In this document: positions 27,540 to 39,974 of the stretch, piece by piece
Numbering within the stretch: the stretch's first letter is position 1
How the letters are laid out: every line of letters starts with the position of its first letter
Assembly (NCBI RefSeq): GCF_036321535.1
Contig: NC_087472.1
Coordinates: 90,956,001-91,020,000 of the forward strand
DNA: 64,000 nucleotides
Source of the DNA: Camelus dromedarius
Lineage: Eukaryota
Direction: 5' to 3'
The notes under the pieces: generated by a model
Told to the model about the DNA's origin: nothing
The model's input: the letters and a program-made list of their open reading frames with translations, nothing else
Databases searched by the model: none
Made by a program: the position numbers and the translations under genes

Positions 27540-28256
27540 GAGTGGTCCCCAGACTGGTGCTGTTCCATGAACTGTTTGTTAAGGCTGAGATAAGTGAAAT
27601 TGGGAGTAAGCATTTGGAACATGTATAACAATTTGACATTGCTGCAATATCCAAGAAAGAGTACATGGGTGAACTTGTCTCACTGAGCAGGGACCAGCTT
27701 GGATGCTGTCACACTTGCCTGGTGAGTTGTTACTTGTGGTGCAAACTGTACACAAGTCGTGCAAACAAAGACCACATGACAATAGGTCATATATGAGGAT
27801 TACTTTGTCTCCTATGTAACTCTAAATTGTTTAAAAGTCTGAGGCAACTTAGGCATTTCTTCCTTTTAATAATTTTTTATTTTTACAATGCTTTATTTTT
27901 TAAAGGTTAACATTATTAACTAAACTAAGGAAGTAACTGTTAACGCTGGATTGCATTTGGCAAAATAAACTTCATTGGACTTTTTTGTCAAGAAGACAAA
28001 CCATTTCTGATTTCAACAGTACTACTGAATCAAATGATGCTGATCAAAGTGGGTACTGAAAAATGAAGACCAAAAGGAAGTTGTACTAGTTTTTTCCGGA
28101 AGTATTTTCTTTCAAATGGTGAGTTCAATTTTATAGCCGTAATTGGTGGTAAAGTGCTTAAAACAGTAAATTATTTGTGGAGATTTTCTAGCTAAAAGAA
28201 GCAATAAAAATATAAAGCTGTAAGCAGCATTTACATACAAACATAAATAAGTTCAT
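27540..28256 (+). mobile_element. hAT-Charlie DNA transposon left part with decayed transposase N-terminus
   Basis: Terminus resembling cagtggtcccc. Near 28170-28250 the frameshifted translation reads roughly ICGDFLA-EAIK...QHLHTKHK, like the Charlie/Buster BED-type zinc finger. Confidence 0.6.
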
Positions 28257-28795
28257 CAGGATGATTCAATGTATGATACACCACACTGACAAAAGGAAAG
28301 ACAAAAACCATATCATCATCTCAATAGATGCAGAAAAAGCATTTGACAAAATTCAACATTCATTCATGATAAAACTCCCATCAAAGTGGATATAGAGGAA
28401 ACATATCTCAACCTAATAAAGGCCATTTATGACAAACTCACAGTCAACCATAATACTCAGTGGTGAAAAGCTGAAAGTCTTCCTGCTAAATTCAGGAACA
28501 AGACAAGGATGCCCACTCTCACTTGACTTCAGCCCCCTTCTATTCACTTCTATTCAACATCGTACTGGAAGTCCTAGCCACAGCAATAAGACAAGAAGCA
28601 GAAATAAAAGGTATCCAAAACAGAAGGGAAGAGATAAAAATGTCACTATTTACAGATGACATAATCCTCTATATAGAGAACCCTCAAGTCTCCACACAAA
28701 GACTATTAGAATTGATAAATGAATTCAGCAAGGTAGCAGGATACAAGACTAATATAGAGATCCGTTGCATTTCTATACACTAACAATGAACTATC
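28257..28795 (+). mobile_element. Internal L1 ORF2 reverse-transcriptase fragment
   Basis: [40 protein letters not shown] and [14 protein letters not shown]. Confidence 0.92.
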
Positions 28796-29770
28796 AGTGC
28801 AAAATGAGAAGGCAAAGCCCCCTGTTCAAAAAGCAGGAAAAAAATCGTAAAGGGTCCTAAAATATAAAACTTGTTCCTTTCTTCCACGATCTCTCTCAAC
28901 TTGTCATGGTGTTATTTGCTATTTAATGCCATTCTAGGTAAAGAGAAATTAAAATTTAAAATTATTAGTGTGATTTTTACCATTCATCTTTATATTGTGC
29001 AATGCCAGTTTTAAATGTAAATGTAAGTGCTTTTAACGCATATGAAGAATCACCAAAATTATACAATTTCTATTTTATAACCAGTATATGCATTTGTACT
29101 TCACTCTTACCAGAACAATGGAAAGCCTACACAAAATTAACTCAGCCGTTTTTATTTCATTTCTGGATAGATGCACATTCTACCAATACTCTACCTTCAG
29201 AAAGACCTAAAAGGAATAGGAATTATGTGCTTTTCCCTTTCCTTCTATGTCTTCATTTTCAGCAAAAGTAGTTAATACAGGAAAGTAAGTGAGTAAGAAA
29301 GGACACTATAGGGCTCCTGGGTCATTCATGCTTTCTTCTAACTGCCTTCTTTCTGCATTTGAAGCAGGTTCCAGTCCAAATGGGAAGCGTGGCCTCTCCA
29401 GGATGTTTGTGCCCTTACTTCCTTGGCCGCAGATGTAACACACTTATCTGACACTTGCTTTGAGTCTCACTAAACTATCCGACACGTGGGCCCACCAGAA
29501 TTCTGTGCTCATGGAGCACTGCAAAGCTTGCTATTTGCTAAAGGGGTGGCAGTCAGCAGCAGAGATGTACCACATAGGAGATAAAGTGTATCTCCTCTAC
29601 TCATGTGCAAATCCATTGTCCCACCAAACTTCACCCACAAAAGACAGGTTCTAAAAATACAATTTTTAAGGATTTCAAGACAGTAATAGCAGAGTATTAA
29701 ATCAAGGGTGGACCTTTCTGAGCACAGGGCCCTGTCTGACTGCACAAGTGGCATGCCCACGAAACTGGCC
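28795..29770 (-). mobile_element. MER45-type (hAT-Tip100) DNA transposon
   Basis: The right end reverse-complements to ggccagtttcgtgggcatgccacttgtgcagtcagacagggccctgtgctcagaaag, MER45-like; the left part is cagtgcaaaatgagaaggcaaagcccctgttcaaaaag. Confidence 0.65.
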
Positions 29771-31949
29771 AACCCAGAGTTCGGTCTAGAAGGGTTGGGG
29801 AATAGGCTCTCAGTGGATGCAAGCTCTCAGTGAGCTAAGCTTCTCAGTGGGCTTATCTCCTTGGTCCCATGGACTCCTCACCCCTTGGTGAGGGCTGTGA
29901 CCCCAGTGGGACCCTCCAGAGGACAGGTCCCAGGGCAGGAACCTGGCTCCTTGTGCCCAGGTCTAAAGGCAAAACAGATACGACTTCTACTCCAAAAGGA
30001 GAGATGATGAGAGTGATAGTTTTGGGGATAAGAGAAGAGTTATTGTGTCCTGAACCAAGCATATTGTCCAGACTCAATACAGATTCATGAATAAATGAAT
30101 GTACAAGCAGCAAGCAGGTATGGTCACATAATGCAATAAATGAGAGCATGTGTTTTGAGGAAATGATACCCGACTTATATTGGGAATGCAGGCCTACGTT
30201 CAAAGCCAACTCTCCCTCCTGTTCATTAAAATGTGATTTTCTGTGTGCCCTAACTGTGTAGTATTCATGCTATGCTATCGCACCACACAAAGAACCACCA
30301 AAGCACCATCTTTCAGCTTCTTTTTTACATATATAAATGATTTCTAATTACCCAAACTAACAAAATACTGACCTCTATGCTTCCTTGCCTCGATTATGTT
30401 TTTCAACATTATATATTCCTTCTTCAACCTTGAGATTTACTTTTCTTCAATTGCATTCCCCACATCTGGCTTACAAACCATACTGGTGACACAGCAAATG
30501 CATGTGATGAGGGACATGTGCATCTGTTTTAATTCTCTAAAACCCAAGTATGATTTGACCAAACAAATCACTAGGCCATTCAAAAATCCACTTTTTGTCA
30601 TTGAGTATACTCATACAGAACTGGTTAGAAGTCAACACTAAGGAAGAAAATGTTACTCACCTATATTTTTTCCTCTCGATGAACTGGGCTGAAGTATTTG
30701 AATCCCGTTGTATGCATTCTTTCAGTTCGGTCAGGACAAAGAATCTGCCTGAAATGTCCCACCACCAAAGAAAAATATTCATACGTTCACTGAAAGAAAA
30801 TAACCCAGTACCCACTTTGACCTTTGAGAAGAATGAAACATCATTGCCACCTGCTCTGTTCACTTTCATATGTCCAATAGGTTGAATACATATTGCCTCT
30901 AGTTTCCCTTTTTGTTCTGATTCTTGCATTTTAACCAGGTACCTTGTAATTGGTCTTGGAAATCTCAATGCATGCTTATAATTACCTAACCTTTATAAAG
31001 GAAAAATAATAAACCTTCAGACACACTCACTTCACTTTCATGACTGAATTCTCTCACCCCTGGGTTTTTTTCTTCAAAAAGGTGGGTCTTGGTTTGCAGA
31101 ACTAACTCCTATCTACTTCACATATGTAATTTCCATTACCTTCAACAATTCTAAGGCAATCTAATCAATAAAGATAATCCTGGATTTTAAAAAGCTATGC
31201 TAATTGCCCTAATTCCTTTTATTCACTAAATCCTCCTTTATTTCACCCTTCTTTTAAAAAGAATGGTAATTTTTCTTTAGGAATCAATAAACTCTCCCAG
31301 AGTCACTGAAGCCTCCAGAAAAGGCTGTCAGGTAAAATTTTTATTTTATCTTAACTTCTTTCCATATTCATTGATTCCACTGGCTCAAAGACACAAAAAC
31401 AAGATTCGATCTGAAAAAATAAAATACAGCCACTAGAGCACAAAGTAATTAGTTAGCCATTTCTAGTACAAGTGGTTGGCCTGTTTTTGATGCATAGGAG
31501 GCTCTCGGTCATGATTTGTTGATTGTTTGATGTTTAAAAGACAAGTACCTGAGGGGAAATTTTGAAAAATTCCTATCATCGTATCCCTTCCAACTGCATG
31601 AAATATATGATTTTCTATAAATCACTTTCAGAATATGTTGTGTCATTTTCATGTTTCAGAGAAAAGCAATTTGGACTAGTTCTCCAGCAATTTGTGAGGA
31701 AATTTGACTGATGACAAGGCAGTTCAACAGCAAACAGCATTCACAAACATTTAGGGGCTAAAGTAGCCACAGGCCAGCCACCTGACTAGGTACCAGACAT
31801 AAAAGGACACTTAAGACTGAGTCCTTGATTTCCAAAAGTTTACCATGAAGTAGGGGAAAGAGAAGTATAAACAATCATCATGAAATGTGCAGAGTTGTAA
31901 TACGGTACGTGCAGAGCAGTCAGGGACACAGAGGCCCAACATCAGTAGA

Positions 31950-32185
31950 TGAGGATTCAGCAGAGTGGTTAAGAGCAGAAGCTCTGGAGTGAAACTGAGT
32001 TTGAATCCCAGATCTGTGATTCGCTGTGTGATCTTGCAAGCTACTTTGCCTCTCTATGCCGAGTTTCCTCCTCTGTAATAGTGACAATAACAGTATATAT
32101 CTCATAGGGTCATGGTGAAGAATGAATAAGTAACTTAGAAAAGTATCTGCAATACAGCACTCAATAAATATTAGTCATTATTAAT
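31950..32185 (+). mobile_element. MIR SINE
   Basis: agtggttaagagcagaagctctggag...gtttgaatcccag...gtgtgatcttgcaag...gtttcctcctctgtaa. Confidence 0.8.
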
Positions 32186-32538
32186 ATTATCAGATTATAC
32201 ATAAAAGACATCCTGAGACTTGACCTACAAAAGTAGATGAAGTTCAGGCTTCGTGTTACAGGCATGTTTGGGAGATCCCAAGCAAATTTGTGGCTGGAGA
32301 ACAGATTAGCAGAATGTAAATGTAAGAATAGCACACACTGCTCTAGATTTGACATACATGAATCTTAGTTCTGCTACTCACTCACTAGCTGGGTGCCCGA
32401 GCAAGTCAACCTGGCATGAAAACAACAGGTGCTCAATACATGGGAATAAGTAGTACTATGAGTTTGTGGGAGAAAATGGCTTAAGATTGGCACTAAAAAT
32501 CCAGCTGAGTTTAGACCGTGGAGAGCTTGTACATTACC

Positions 32539-33015
32539 TGTGTTACTCAAGTATTTCTGCAATAATACTGGTAACAAACAACCCCCAAAATGTGAGTAGC
32601 TTATGACAAGAAGTATTTATTTTCTAACTCACAGGTGGGTCAGCCAAGGTTTGGCGTATTTTGGTTGATTTTTGCTAGGCCTGCTTGGGTTCAGCTGGGT
32701 TTGCCTCCAGGCTGCAGACCAATCCTGCTCCACATGTCTTTTTCTGGGATCTATAACCACCTATATGGAACGTACACTTCCGGGCAAGCATTTCTTTTGA
32801 CAATAGCTGAAGCCAGAGAAGGGGATCCAAACTGTATAAGCACATTTAAAGCCTGCTCACATCATATCAGTCAAGATTCCATTGACCAATGCAAGTCAGT
32901 GGGAAAGTGCATTTTGTTCACATTACGGCAAGAACTGCAGTCACATGGCAAAGGGCGTGGATGTATAATTCTATTATAAAGAGAGTGAAGAATTAGGAAC
33001 AACAATCCAATCCAT
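32539..33015 (-). mobile_element. MaLR (MLT1-type) LTR
   Basis: gtaacaaacaacccccaaaatgtgagtagctta...gtcacatggcaaagggcgtggat. Confidence 0.65.
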
Positions 33016-33049
33016 ATGTATGGGAGTTTTCATTCAGTCTACAGATTAA

Positions 33050-34860
33050 AAGATCCATGAAAGACATTATGTTAAAGAAATGAAATGATTAGATCTAACT
33101 TTGGGAATGTTCATCCTGGTGGTTATATGTAAGGTGAATGGGGTGGACTGGAGACACTGCGACAAGTGCTTCTAGTTCATGGATTAGACCATGACCATGG
33201 ACCATGGTTAGGATATAGGATTGCATGAAGAGGGTGAATATGAAAAAAAATTAATGGGTTAGGATTAGCAGGACTTGGTTGCTAATGAGATGTGGCATGA
33301 GTGGAAGGGAGCAGGGTTGGTGAGGAAAAAAAGGTAGAGGTGATTCAGAAGTTCCTTGTTTAGACAACTAGAAGGATGGTGATGGTATATCCTGAAATAT
33401 GGAGGATTGTAGGAAGAGAACTTTTTGGAGGAAGAGGACATAGAAAGATAGTGAATCTAATTTTGAACAATGTGGTGGCTTTGTAATACATCAATTTGCC
33501 TAGATTAATCTCTATCTCCCAGAATGCCTTCCTCTAAATGTTCCTAGTTAGGGTTGGTCACCAGAAACATTTTGTGTGGGGCTTGTAAAGTGCTATTGTT
33601 CTGTTGTGCTTGGAAGGTCAGTGCAGGGACACCAGGTGATGCTGCAGTTCATGCATACTGGCACACTGGCTCGCCTGGTTGGTGTTGGGAAGCAGCTGGG
33701 CCTGCAGCTGCTCCACCGTCCACCTTATCTGCCTTCTGCTTCTGCGACTCCTGGATCTGGTGTATGATTAAGTTCATAGCAAAAGACACCAGTTTCTCCT
33801 ATAGGATACCCACATCATCGAAGTATAAGGGATAGGTCATTAGAGACCAACGTGGGCTCTAGTTCTCTCTCATGGGTTCCTATTTGTCCTTGGCCCACGT
33901 CATTTTATAGCCAACTTCCCTTCCTAATTGTCTTCCCAGCTGACTTCAAGCTCCAAGGCCAATGTAGAGACCACAGCCTCACAGAAACCAGCTACCAACT
34001 TCTACAAGTACAATACATCAATTCTCTGTAAGAAATCATATATATGTGCTTTCCTAGTGGTTCTATGCCTCTGATGAAACCCTGATTGATATAGATAGGA
34101 TGAGTCTGAGATGCCTATGGTATATCTGTGCAGAAATAAGAAATATGGTCTACACTTAGAAAAGTAAGCAGAAATGTAGATTTGATAATATACTTGGCTA
34201 GGAAGTGGTAGTTGATGATATAGGAATAAATGCATTTCATTAGAAATTATTTAAAGTAAAAAAAAAGACAATACCTGAAGATAGAATGATGGTGAATTTC
34301 AACATTCAAGGATCTGAAAGAGGGAGAAGAATCAGGAAAAGGTGCATAGCAATCAAAGGGATAAGAAGAAAGTCAGATGTAAGGGATGGTCCGGAAGCCA
34401 CAAGATGAAGTATTTGAAAAGAATGGAATATGCACTGGGTGTCCCAGTCCTGCACAAAAGTCAAGGAGAATGAGGAGAGAAGAAAGGGCTACTGACTTCT
34501 AGAATTAAAAGGGCTACAGTAGGTGGACATGGCTTTGAGATAGAATCTACTCTCAAAAGCTTGGTAGGAGGTCAAGGAACAGATGAGGTAGCTGTTTTTC
34601 AGGGCTGGGAGGGATGTGACAATGTCAAGAGAAGATTTCCCTAGGATGACAGCAATTTGAACCTATTTATATTCGGGGGGAGGAAGCAGACTGGAGATCA
34701 GGATTCCAGAGAGAATGAGGATACTGGATGTGGTAGGTGCTGTGACACACGATAAGGAGAAGCACCTGTGCAGAGAACTCAGCCTTGATCAAAGCCATTA
34801 AAGACAGTGTTTCCTCCAAGGCAGGAAGGAAGGAGGGATGGATAAGGTTGACAGTGTATG
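33050..34860 (-). mobile_element. LINE2 fragments flanking an MLT2 LTR
   Basis: Purine-rich antisense L2 motifs such as ttagcaggacttggttgctaatgagatgtgg and gtcaaggagaatgaggagagaagaaagg. Confidence 0.55.
33471..34093 (+). mobile_element. MLT2-type (ERVL) solo LTR
   Basis: Starts tgtggtggctttgtaatacatcaatttgcctag and ends tagtggttctatgcctctgatgaaaccctgattgatata. Confidence 0.7.
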
Positions 34861-35324
34861 GGAATTACTTGATGGGCATTATCTCCTTAGTAAACTAGGA
34901 ACCACTATCATTACATCTGTTAGGGCTTTTTTTCTAATCTGCATAAAAGCACTGTGTTCACACTTCACTGTGAGCCTGTGGGACTACATCCACCCAGAGG
35001 GGGTACCTTTTCTAATTTGCACAAAGACACTGTACAGGTCAGCCCTGGTGCTACCTTAACTCTAGTTTCAAAGGCAACCGGAAAGCATATTTTTGGCTTA
35101 TACTTTAGGGAGATGGGAGCATAAAAAGGGTGTTCTAAAGATTCTGGGAAGATAAGAAAGAAAAACAAATATTCTCTGTGACTATCTACTAAGCTAAAAG
35201 GAAGGAAGATTTGAAGAGAAAAGTAAATGTCTGAAGTAGCCATTAAGAAGATAAACAGAAATTAAGTAAAATGATTTCTCAGCAATGTGAGCATCCAAGT
35301 AAGATTGGAGCTCAAAAATTTATA

Positions 35325-36500
35325 TTCATTTGTTCACTTAATTATTCAGCAAATATTTATTAAGTGCCATGTGTCAGGTACTATTCTAGCCACTGGGAAT
35401 ATGGGTGAACATGAAAATAATTAATGTAGGCATTTCTGGAGATGGTGATAAGATGATGATAAACATTTTGAAAAAGAAATGTAGCAGGCTTAGGGGATTG
35501 AGAGGGATGGAAATAAATAATGCAAGCTTAGATGGGATTTTCTGGGATGCCACTCAAAGGAAGTAACTAACATTTCAACAGAGCCCTGATTGTAGTGATG
35601 GAGAAAGCTATATAAAGCTTGCTCCAAAAAGGTGTTTCAGGCATAAGTAGCAGCAAGCACCAAGTCCCTAAAGTAGAAAATGAGCTTGGTGTGTTTGAAG
35701 AACACCAAAATGGCCACCATGGCTGTAGGACTTGGATTGGTGAGAGGAGGGAGAAACGGCAGGAGATGAGGTCATAAGGTGGGTGGGCCTAGATTCTTAG
35801 GGTCTTATAAGCCATGGTAAAGAGATTACATTTTAAGTGGGAGGAAATCTGTTGCAGAATTTTGAGCAGGATAGTGATAAGATTTGATTCCATTGATGGC
35901 TGGATGGAGCATAAACTGTAGGTGGGTAGTGGCAGAAGCAGAGAGACTAGATCAGAAGGAATTACAGTGGTTTAGGTGAGAGATCCAGCAGCTAGAAGAG
36001 GATATGAGCTGTAAGAACTTGTGTTAGCTCAGGCTGCTATAATAAAATATCATAGACTGGGTGGCTCAAACAACAGATATTTATTTCTCACAGATGGGAA
36101 GTCCAAGACCAAGGTGACCGCAGATTTGGTTCTTGGTGAGAGCCTACATCCCAGCCTATAGATAGCCGCCACCTTACTGTGGACTCACATAACCTCTTCT
36201 TTGTGTATGCACAGAGAGAACTCTGGAGTCTCTTTCTCTTCTTATAAGAGCATTAATCCTGTAATGGGGGCTTCACTCTCATGGCCTTGAAACATAATTA
36301 CCTCTCAAAGGCCCAACCTTCTCATATCACTAAATTGGGGGTTAGGGCTTCAGCATATAAATTTTAGGGAAGATGCAAACATTCAGCCTATAACAGAAGT
36401 GGACAGATTATAGACATAATTTGATGGATTATTTAAGAGATGTAAGAAAAAGAATAATCAAAGGTAACTCTTAAAAGTTTTGGCCTGAAGATATGAGGGA
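35325..36500 (-). mobile_element. LINE2 3' portion interrupted by an MLT1A-like LTR
   Basis: ttcagcaaatatttattaagtgccatgtgtcaggtactattctagccactgggaat is the reverse complement of an L2 3' end. Confidence 0.7.
36020..36395 (-). mobile_element. MLT1A-like MaLR solo LTR
   Basis: tgtgttagctcaggctgctataataaaatatcatagactgggtggctcaaacaacag ... aaacattcagcctataaca. 5-bp TSD gaact / gaagt. Confidence 0.8.
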
Positions 36501-36509
36501 ATTATGTGA

Positions 36510-36655
36510 GTAGTATCCTGGAAAATATTTAATAAATGTCACTCTGGAGGGGAAAAGCCCTTATTTGTAGCATTTGCCAATCTCCAAGGTGTAAATACTT
36601 CTCTCGTGGCTGATTTTGAGCTATCAAAGTGGCTTCACTGAACAGAGTTGACAGG
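36510..36655. mobile_element. MER63-like (hAT-Blackjack) fragment
   Basis: aaaagcccttatttgtagcatttgccaatctccaaggtgtaaatact. Confidence 0.5.
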
Positions 36656-36699
36656 GGATGACAACTTTTGAATGTAGTACTTTGACAATTTATCTTCAG

Positions 36700-38145
36700 T
36701 CTAAAGACAAAAAGAACTGCAAACAAAACTTGAACTTTAGTTGATGGGTATCATTTTGTTTTTCTTAATGGTGTGGGTTTGCAATTCCAAAAATTTTTAA
36801 CGTGTGTTGTAGGGTTAAGCGTATGAGTAAATACACTAACGATACTAGGATCCAGGTTCCTCGGTATTGAAGAAGAGAGATATAAATATGGATTGAGTAA
36901 AGACTAGGAAGGATATTTTGATGGTAAATTGGAATGAACTCCAATTCTTTTGTTGCTCTGTCCACTGTAAGGGAAGCAAAGCACCACAACAGCAATGAGA
37001 GCACCTACTACCAAATCTCTGTTTCTAAGTATCATTTTTCACTAAAAGGAATCAAGGATCTTTAGACAAATGGCTGATTCCAGAGCTAGGACTCAGAAAT
37101 TATAAGCTGAGCCTGAAACATTATTTTGTGTGCGTGTGCCAGAAATTAAGAAAATATTCAGAAAAATACAGTCTACATCAAATATAGGAGTCAGCCTAAA
37201 AAGGATTCCACTGGGTAAATCTGGGACAATTTAATGTCAGAATATATCATGATAGCAATGGCTCATAACCCACTGAATAAAAACCTATGATATTGGTAGC
37301 TGGATAGATACATAGATACATAGATAGAGCTCTTTCTTTCATGCTAATACCAACTAATAAATTTAAATGGGAGGATGACTTCAAAAGCCATCATTTTGCT
37401 CTAAGAATGAGACAAACTGACATTAGGTGCCTCTTATGATGAACCAAGGATACAAGATCACCTATGCAGTATTCCTGTCAAAAATGTATAAAGTGAATCT
37501 AATCATAAGGAAGCATCAGATAAACCCAAATTGAGGGACATTCCACAAAATATCTAGCCTCTACTTTTTAAAAATGTCAAGGTGATGATAGTCAAAGACA
37601 GGCTGGGGAACCACTCCAGAATAAAGGAGACTAAAGAAACATGAAAATGAAATGAAAGGTGAATTGGATCCTAAACCAGAAAAAAAAAATACTACAAAAA
37701 TCATCATTGGGGCAATTGGCAATATTTGAATAAAGTCTGTTGATTAGATAATAGAATTGTATTATTATGATTTCTGATTATTATAACATGACTATGCAAG
37801 TGAATGTCCTTGTTCTTAGGAAATATGCCCTGCTGAAGTGTTCAGAGGCAAAGGAGCATGATGTCTGCAACTTACTCAGATATACATTGCAAGAAAAGGA
37901 GAAAGAGAGACACAGAGAGAAAGGGAGAAGGAGGAGGAAGAGGAAGAGGGAGGATGGGGAGGAGGAGGGAAAGAGGAGGAGGAGAAAAAGGAATGGGGAT
38001 GGGAGAGAGAATATGAGTAACAAAGCCAACGTGGCAAACTGTTAGCCATTGGTAAGCTGAGTGAAGGAAGGATGTATGGGAGATTGTGTTCACTCTTTCA
38101 ATCTTTCTGTAAGTTTTACATGATTTTAGAATAAAAAGTTAAAAG
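36700..38145 (+). mobile_element. L1MC-like 3' UTR region
   Basis: gaatctaatcataaggaagcatcagataaacccaaattgagggacattccacaaaa, and gaatgtccttgttcttaggaaat. Confidence 0.7.
37890..38010. repeat. Purine-rich (GGA/GAG-type) low-complexity repeat
   Basis: gaaaaggagaaagagagacacagagagaaagggagaaggaggaggaagaggaagagggagg... Confidence 0.85.
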
Positions 38146-39543
38146 ACAAGAAAGAGAGACCAACTATGTTAAAAGCAGCTTGAGAACTGACCTTTGAATT
38201 TAACAAGCTAGAGGTCATGAGCAGCCATGACAGGAGAGATTTCAGCAGAGCGCTGGGGAAGAAAACATCAGTGGGATCTGCTGATGAGAGTAGGAGAGTA
38301 AGAAAACAGACTCAAGTAAGAGAGGACTCCTTCAGGGAGTTTTGCTTAGCTGAAGGGGATATGTGGTTAAGATATAGTTGGGGCTTTTTTTTTCATAGGA
38401 GACATTTTAAATATGTGGTAAGTATGTTTTTATGATGATGCAGTAGGAAAAGAAAAAAGGAATGATACAGGAGACAGGAGAAAATCCCTGAGAAGGCAGA
38501 AGGGGACGGGATGCAGTGATACGGAGACCACCTGATCCTAGTGGGAGTTCAGACATTTCATCCACGGTACAGGAAGAACACACGGGTAGAGCTGCAGCTC
38601 TGGTGACAAGGAGTGGAGCGACTAAGCCATTCTCTTCGTTTTGCTTCTAATATTTCAGTAATTCAAACTGAGAGCACCAGCTGACAGAGAGGCGGCAGGA
38701 AAGGGTGCTGAACATTTGAGGTGAAAGAAGGTATAAATTCATTATCTCAGAAAAAGAGGGAGTGAATTACCTACCGAATGTATTAGGATTGTTCAGCAGG
38801 GCTGAGAGTCCACTTCAGATTTTTATCATAAATGTAAAGTAGCAACTCAGCTGCAGTTTCACACCCAGTAAGGAGAACTAGGTAATTCACTATAATTCTC
38901 CAGACGAAAAAGCTGGACAAAATCTTTTTAAAGTCTTCTTAAAAGCATCAAGGAGGTAACAAAACTGTAACGAGAGACTAACCTGAGAGGAAATTCAGGA
39001 AACTGACAGCAGCATCTAAGCTGCCTTCGCTCTACGGGGCCATTGTTCACCCTGACCAGGCAGCTGAGAGAGCGAATTACACTTTAACAGATTCTCGGGG
39101 CTTGGAAGAGAAAAGTCAGAGTCCAAGAGGGAGGACCCTGGTAAACCACTCTAGGCATCAGCATAAGCCAGAAGCAAACCTACCATGAACTTGCAGCCCA
39201 GACTCAAGTCATCCAAGAGAGTCAGAAGTTTCTGCACTAAAACTGGATTGAGGGACCCTGAGTTGCTAGTGCTCCCACGCCCCTGGCAGTAGCAACGAAA
39301 ATTCTCTGTGGGGAAACTTGTTTCCAAATATAGTCTGAAGCACACAAGCGGGTCCTCCTTTACGCTACCCTCACCCACCTTTCCAACAAGCTTTTCTTCA
39401 CTTTCCCCTTTCCACGCCCCGTCCCCACCACCCACCTAGTCTTTAATGGACTTCTGCCATTTCTGTTCTGCTTAACACATTTTCTAGTTTTCTACTTTTG
39501 CTTATGTCTTCTTCTTTGTTTAGAATTCCCTCCCCACCACTTT

Positions 39544-39670
39544 TTTTGGTGAGGGGCAGGTAATTAGGTTTATTTATTTATTTGCTTATTTTTTAACAGA
39601 AGCACTGGGATTGAACCCAGGACCTTGTGTATGCTCAGCACATGCTCTACCACTGAGCCAAACCCTCTTC
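39544..39670 (-). mobile_element. tRNA-Ala-derived SINE (Vic-1-like)
   Basis: Reverse complement contains ggctcagtggtagagcatgtgctgagcatacacaaggtcctgggttcaatcccagtgc, then the tail aaataaacctaattacc. Confidence 0.85.
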
Positions 39671-39683
39671 CCACCACCACTTT

Positions 39684-39974
39684 ATTGAGGTATAATTGAC
39701 ATATGACCTTATATTAGTTCCAGGTATACAACATAATGATTGGTTATTTGTATATATTGCAAAATGATCATCACAATAAGTCTAGTTAACATCCATCCCC
39801 ATATTTCGTTTCAAAAGTTTTTTTCTTGTGATGAGAACTTTTAAGAGCTACCCTCTTAGCAACTTACAAATATGCAATACAGTATTATTAACTGTAGTCA
39901 CCACACTATACATTACATCCCCAGGACTTATTTATTTCATAACTGGAAGTTTGTACCTTTTTGAACACCTCCAC
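39684..39974 (-). mobile_element. L1MA-like 3' end, 5'-truncated
   Basis: attgaggtataattgacatat...cacaataagtctagttaacatccatc...gatgagaacttttaag. Confidence 0.8.

Noticed and set aside
37767..38093. Charged and proline-rich ORFs on both strands
   Set aside because: Translation artefacts of a purine-rich simple repeat.
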